Assembly: GCA_963664815.2 (NCBI GenBank)
Contig: CAXXHB010000003.1
Location: forward strand, 768,001 to 832,000
Length of the DNA stretch: 64,000 nucleotides
Direction of reading: 5' to 3'
From: Spirochaetota bacterium
GTDB taxonomy: Bacteria > Spirochaetota > UBA4802 > UBA5550
Position 1 is the first letter of the stretch; the number at the start of each line of letters is the position of its first letter. The notes below the pieces were generated by a model. It was not told where the DNA came from. It did no database searches and saw nothing but the letters and a program-made list of their open reading frames with translations. A program made the position numbers and the translations under genes. Of the stretch, positions 59,664-64,000 are shown one piece after another.

Positions 59664-60392
59664 ATGAAAAACAGAGTAATTATATTTATTGCTGTCTCTT
59701 CACTTTTTATAGGTGTATCAGCTTCCGCTAAAAGCAAGACGGGCTTTTCAATGGGTATGTTCGGCTCATATGCAACCGACCCGGGGGTTATTGAGTATCT
59801 GATACGCGATTGTGAAAGTGCTAGTAATTATGATAATGAATCGATATCAATCCCGGGTACCGGTTTTTTTGCAAGATATGAGTTTAAAAATAACCTGTTT
59901 ATAAGAACCGGCGCTGAAGCATATGTAATGACTGGCGGAGGCGATATCAAGATATCTGCAACTTCTTCTTCTACAATCAGCTATGATTATCAGATAGACT
60001 ATTTTGCAATGGCAGTTCCGCTTTTCCTGGGGATAAACGCTTCGCCGGACAAGGGGAAGACGAATTTTTACGGAGCTTTCGGACCGGTGGTGGCTGCTGT
60101 TGATATTAAAAGAGAACTAAAAGAAAATGATACTTCCGGGCCGACATATAAAGAGTATAGCGGGGAGGAAACTGAACCGTTAATAGGTTTTGGAGGTCTG
60201 CTGGGAGTTGAGAAACAGATGACAAAAAGTCTCTATTTTTTAATTGAATTCGCTTTCTACAACTGTGAGGGTAACAAAGAAGTTAAAGGTGATTATAAAC
60301 TGAATGGAGTATGGACTTCAGATTATAATTACACTGAGAAATATGGACTCCCTCGGCAGCAGATAAGGCTTGGGTTGAGGTGTAATTTTTAA
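59664..60392 (+). CDS. Outer-membrane beta-barrel protein
   Basis: Signal peptide ending ASA; alternating beta-strands; C-terminal Phe (LGLRCNF). Confidence 0.7.
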   Translation: MKNRVIIFIAVSSLFIGVSASAKSKTGFSMGMFGSYATDPGVIEYLIRDCESASNYDNESISIPGTGFFARYEFKNNLFIRTGAEAYVMTGGGDIKISATSSSTISYDYQIDYFAMAVPLFLGINASPDKGKTNFYGAFGPVVAAVDIKRELKENDTSGPTYKEYSGEETEPLIGFGGLLGVEKQMTKSLYFLIEFAFYNCEGNKEVKGDYKLNGVWTSDYNYTEKYGLPRQQIRLGLRCNF

Positions 60393-60459
60393 GATATACA
60401 GGGAATATTCTTTCAGAGAGGTGCCTCTGAATATTTAACAACAGATTATGCAGCTGATC

Positions 60460-60487
60460 CGGGGAGTATTAAAAACTCCCCGTTTTT
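60460..60487 (+). terminator. Intrinsic terminator between convergent genes
   Basis: CGGGGAGT-attaaaa-ACTCCCCG-TTTTT. Confidence 0.7.
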
Positions 60488-60489
60488 GT

Positions 60490-61071
60490 TTAAAACTTCA
60501 GTTTAATATTGCTGACTTCAATCAAAGTGTGCTCCTCAAGCTTTTTTCTGAAGGGAAATATTTCTCCGAATTTTCCGGAGGCTGTACCTTCACATTTAAA
60601 TGTATAATCATGTGCCGGGGAATAGAGTTCAACCCCCTTTGCTGAATCATCAATATCTTCAACAGGATTATAACCGGTTATTGTAATACCTGCCGGGTGA
60701 GCTTCAATTAAAGCTTTAATTTCATCGCCGAATTTTTTTGCGTAAGCAGCTGCCGTGAATCCGAATGAACAGCTTTTAATCTCTGCTGCAGCTTTTGTAT
60801 ACTTAAGCCTCCGGTACCGCGGGTCGCTTTTATTTTTCAGCATATTCTGAAGCGCGTTATGGAACTTTTCTTCAAGGACTATATGATGCTGTCCGGCACT
60901 GAAAGGGAGAAGTTCCAGGATCTTTTCGCTGAACGATCCGGATTCTATTACGGATTCCCTGTATGGGTACCATTCCCATTCTGCACCTTCACCAAGAAGA
61001 AAACCTTCAAGCATACCGCATATTACATCGAATTTTCCTTTGAATACAGCCCTGTAATATTTTTTTTCCAT
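60490..61071 (-). CDS. Hypothetical protein downstream of the antiporter
   Basis: Same strand with a short gap; GAGG RBS; GVELYSPAHDY motif. Confidence 0.7.
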   Translation of the reverse strand: MEKKYYRAVFKGKFDVICGMLEGFLLGEGAEWEWYPYRESVIESGSFSEKILELLPFSAGQHHIVLEEKFHNALQNMLKNKSDPRYRRLKYTKAAAEIKSCSFGFTAAAYAKKFGDEIKALIEAHPAGITITGYNPVEDIDDSAKGVELYSPAHDYTFKCEGTASGKFGEIFPFRKKLEEHTLIEVSNIKLKF

Positions 61072-61096
61072 ACCATCCTCCACTCTGAAAAATATA

Positions 61097-62596
61097 CTAA
61101 AAGAAAACGTATGTCACCAGAATAAATACCGGGATAAGAACCGGTATAGAGTATTTGAACATGTAGCCGAAAAAGCTAGGCATTCTGACGCCGGATTCCT
61201 CGGCGATTGATTTTGTCATAAAGTTCGGCGCGTTTCCTATATACGTATTTGCACCCATAAATACTGCCCCCGCGCTTATGGCTATGAGTGTCCCGGGAAA
61301 ATGGTTCATAAGGATATACGCATTCCCCCCTGCCGTGTTAAAGAACACAAGATAGGTAGGCGCATTGTCAAGGAAGCTTGAAAGTGCTCCGGCCGCCCAG
61401 AAAAAGTGCGAGTTAACAAAATGTCCCCCGGGATCGATAACCCCTTTTATTACCATCCCCATGGGACCCCCGGCACCCGCCCTGAGCATGGCAATGGGTG
61501 TAACCATGGTCATGAAAATAGTGGCAAAAAGCTTTGCTACTTCCTTTATAGGTTCCCAGCTGAAACCATTACCCTCCCGTATTGAAGCATCCGATACTTT
61601 AAGAGAAACAACCGTAATAAAAAGAAGAAGCGTAACCTGTAGTATGGAAGATACCGGGATTGCTACAAAATGAATAGTGAATGCTGTACCCATGTTGATC
61701 CCTGAAACAATGACAGCTCCGATAATGCACGGTATCAAGAGCATGTTGGGAACGCCGATGAGTCTCAGTTTTTCACCACCGGTTTTCTTAACAGGTTTAT
61801 TCTTCTCTTTTCTGTAATAATATGTATCCATGATAAAGAATATAACAAGCAGTATTGCCATGGTAAAGGCAACGAGAGGAAGCATATGTTTTACTGTCCA
61901 GAAAAAGTCCACGCCCTTAAGGAAACCGAGAAAAAGTGGCGGGTCTCCGAGCGGAGTAAGTCCCCCTCCGACATTGGCCACAACAAATATAACAAAAACA
62001 ACCACATGTGCGCTGTTTTTTCTCCATTCGTTGGCCTTAAGTATCGGCCTTATCATAAGCATTGCGGCGCCTGTAGTCCCCATTACGCTTGCAAGCGCCC
62101 CTCCGATAAAGATCATAACGGTGTTGACCAGCGGTTTCCCGGCAAGTTCACCCTTAAGCTGAATTCCCCCCGCAACGGTAAAGAGTGCAAGGAGGAGGGT
62201 TATAAAGGGGATAAATTCCAGTATATAAACTTCCATAAGGTAGAATGATCCGGCTGAAATTCCGAATTTAATGGAAAAAGCGCTGAAGAAAACAATCCAC
62301 CAGAACAGCGAAACCTTGCCGTAGTGATGGTGCCAGAAATGGGGAGCAAGAAGCGGAAAGAAAGCAATTGAAAGGAGTATCCCGAGAAAGGGTATAATCC
62401 ACAGCAGACTAAGGCTGCCGGCATTAATATGTGGGGCGGAATGAACCTGTAAATTCTCTGCGGTATGAGCTGCATTGGATGTGCTGTTTTCTGTTTTGAC
62501 TACAGAATGAGCTGTTTCAGCTTTTGCCTGAAATATTTCCGGAGATAACAGAATTAACGCTGACAGTGTAATAATTGATATGAATATTTTTTTCAT
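61097..62596 (-). CDS. Putative Na+/H+ antiporter (IT superfamily)
   Basis: PF.GILLSIA..PL..P.FWHHH, GTTGAAML.IRP, ANVGGGLTPLGDPPLFLG, SSFLDNAPTY, YIGNAPNFM. Confidence 0.9.
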   Translation of the reverse strand: MKKIFISIITLSALILLSPEIFQAKAETAHSVVKTENSTSNAAHTAENLQVHSAPHINAGSLSLLWIIPFLGILLSIAFFPLLAPHFWHHHYGKVSLFWWIVFFSAFSIKFGISAGSFYLMEVYILEFIPFITLLLALFTVAGGIQLKGELAGKPLVNTVMIFIGGALASVMGTTGAAMLMIRPILKANEWRKNSAHVVVFVIFVVANVGGGLTPLGDPPLFLGFLKGVDFFWTVKHMLPLVAFTMAILLVIFFIMDTYYYRKEKNKPVKKTGGEKLRLIGVPNMLLIPCIIGAVIVSGINMGTAFTIHFVAIPVSSILQVTLLLFITVVSLKVSDASIREGNGFSWEPIKEVAKLFATIFMTMVTPIAMLRAGAGGPMGMVIKGVIDPGGHFVNSHFFWAAGALSSFLDNAPTYLVFFNTAGGNAYILMNHFPGTLIAISAGAVFMGANTYIGNAPNFMTKSIAEESGVRMPSFFGYMFKYSIPVLIPVFILVTYVFF

Positions 62597-62780
62597 TATA
62601 ATTCTCTCCGGAATGGTTATTATAAGTAAAAAGTTAATCCTCATTGTCAAACAGATAATTTTTTGGAATTTTTTATATATATAGCTTCTATATATCTTTA
62701 TATATCTTTCACAGATCCGGAACATGGAAAAGATCTTGACTGGACTGAAAGCCGCTGATAATTATTAAACAGGAGATCTT

Positions 62781-63635
62781 ATGAAAAGTTATCCGCTGAA
62801 AAAAGTGATACAATCACTCACACTGTCTTTTGCCATGTTTGCTCCCCTTGCAGCAAATACCACGCGCGATATAGGGTCTATGCCTAAACTTGAACCTTCT
62901 GTAATTAACAGGTGGATCCTTTTTTATACTAACATTGAGCGCGTAAAAAATAACATGCCCCCGCTGGAGTATGACACCATACTTGAAAAGGCGGCTGACT
63001 GGCAGGCGGGGTACTGCGCTAATGACCTCGGGGATTTAAGCCATTACAGCCGCAACCCTGAAATGAGCCATCCCGGTAAACGGATTAATCATTTCGGCGG
63101 AACATGGAGTACATATGGCGAAAACATAACGGTAGTATTCGCCACAAACTCGGAAAGTGTCAGATACTATTCCAGATCAGATGAAAAGGGTACATATAAA
63201 GATTACGGCAACCATACAATATACTGGCGAAACGACAGCCAGATTGCTTATTCCATGGTGGACAGCTGGATGAACTCATCTGGCCATCGGGCAAACATAC
63301 TTAACCGGAGTTTCTGCAGCATGGGTGGAGGGAGCTGTGCGGGAAAATACAGCGGACAGGAATCCTGGTATGGGGCACAGGTTTTTACGGGAAATTCAAA
63401 GATTGATTTTAAGACCGTAAAGGCGGAAAAGAAGGAAAGCGGGTATCAGATTCTCTATAAAGGCCAACTGGCAGTAAAATGCTTCGAATTGGCTGATAAA
63501 ACTGTTATAAAGGATGTCAGGGTAAGTCGTCAGAATGATATCTATATATGTGAATTAACCCCCGATCTGAAAGGTGAGGTTTTTGTCGCGCTGGCAGATG
63601 GAGAGATTGTTTATCCGGTGTTAAAGCTGAAATAG
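62781..63635 (+). CDS. Secreted CAP/SCP domain protein
   Basis: N.ER......L..D..L..AA..QA, SH, GENI, WMNSSGHRANILN. Confidence 0.88.
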   Translation: MKSYPLKKVIQSLTLSFAMFAPLAANTTRDIGSMPKLEPSVINRWILFYTNIERVKNNMPPLEYDTILEKAADWQAGYCANDLGDLSHYSRNPEMSHPGKRINHFGGTWSTYGENITVVFATNSESVRYYSRSDEKGTYKDYGNHTIYWRNDSQIAYSMVDSWMNSSGHRANILNRSFCSMGGGSCAGKYSGQESWYGAQVFTGNSKIDFKTVKAEKKESGYQILYKGQLAVKCFELADKTVIKDVRVSRQNDIYICELTPDLKGEVFVALADGEIVYPVLKLK

Positions 63636-63693
63636 AAGCAGTCAGTAGTGTGCTGAATTATTTATAACCGGAAAGTACAGAGGTGCAGAGAAG

Positions 63694-64000
63694 ATGATTC
63701 CTGAAAAAGTAAGGGTGGCTCTTGATCTTCACGGGCTTGAGGCTGTCGAATTTGAAGAGGGGAGTACCCCTACGTCTGAACTTGCAGCGCAAAGGCTGGG
63801 GGTTGAAGTCGGACAGATCGCCAAGTCTATACTGATGAAAGGGAAAGATGATAAATACAGGATGGTACTCTGTGCCGGGGATAGAAAAATATCGGCATCT
63901 CTTTTTAAAAAACTTACAGGAGTCAAAGCGAGAATGGCGACTGCCGATGAAGTGTTTGACGTTACAGGTTTCAGGCCAGGGGGTGTAAGCCCGTTTGGAG
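63694..64000 (+). CDS. YbaK/EbsC aminoacyl-tRNA deacylase family (runs off the window)
   Basis: Hand translation MIPEKV...TPTSELAAQRLGVEVGQIAKSIL...TGFRPGGVSPFG. Confidence 0.85.
   Translation, partial: MIPEKVRVALDLHGLEAVEFEEGSTPTSELAAQRLGVEVGQIAKSILMKGKDDKYRMVLCAGDRKISASLFKKLTGVKARMATADEVFDVTGFRPGGVSPFG

Noticed and set aside
4130-62475. Many antisense or nested ORFs in the track (for example 4130..4684, 5685..6221, 38301..38828, 50109..50864, 57224..57727)
   Set aside because: Shadow frames of well-supported genes, with no motifs or RBS

Overview
A 64-kb bacterial chromosomal window, moderately AT-rich. The many spirochaete-style lipoprotein signals, TolB/TPR/Lcl surface proteins and WG-repeat relic suggest a free-living Spirochaetota genome (inference). 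I found no rRNA, tRNA, CRISPR array, integrase or recognisable transposase. About 45 CDS are present. They cover lipid and acyl-CoA metabolism (lipase, alpha/beta hydrolase, two PaaI thioesterases, hbd, enoyl-CoA hydratase), a multicopper oxidase, a split B12 methionine synthase, transporters, and dense signalling (two HD-GYP, Cache-PAS-GGDEF-EAL, a degenerate GGDEF, a hybrid kinase, two MCPs, three intact LuxR-type regulators). Most notable: (1) a four-gene minus-strand cluster at 25.7-29.7 kb pairing a Rab-like small GTPase with a wHTH-longin-like-TM-BON-OmpA protein, a PAS-like protein and a PAS-like-HD-GYP protein; (2) a DUF559 nuclease bracketed by inward-facing tail+hairpin repeats, next to an apparently empty copy of the same ends (45.1-46.1 kb); (3) a LuxR-operator-leader cassette present three times in different states of decay, two copies leading into different lipoprotein genes; (4) a 7TM-PAS-LuxR regulator followed by an 18-bp palindrome and a secreted protein with a variable core; (5) an ORF-less promoter-terminator unit that may be an sRNA. 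All domain calls come from motif recognition by eye, not from searches.
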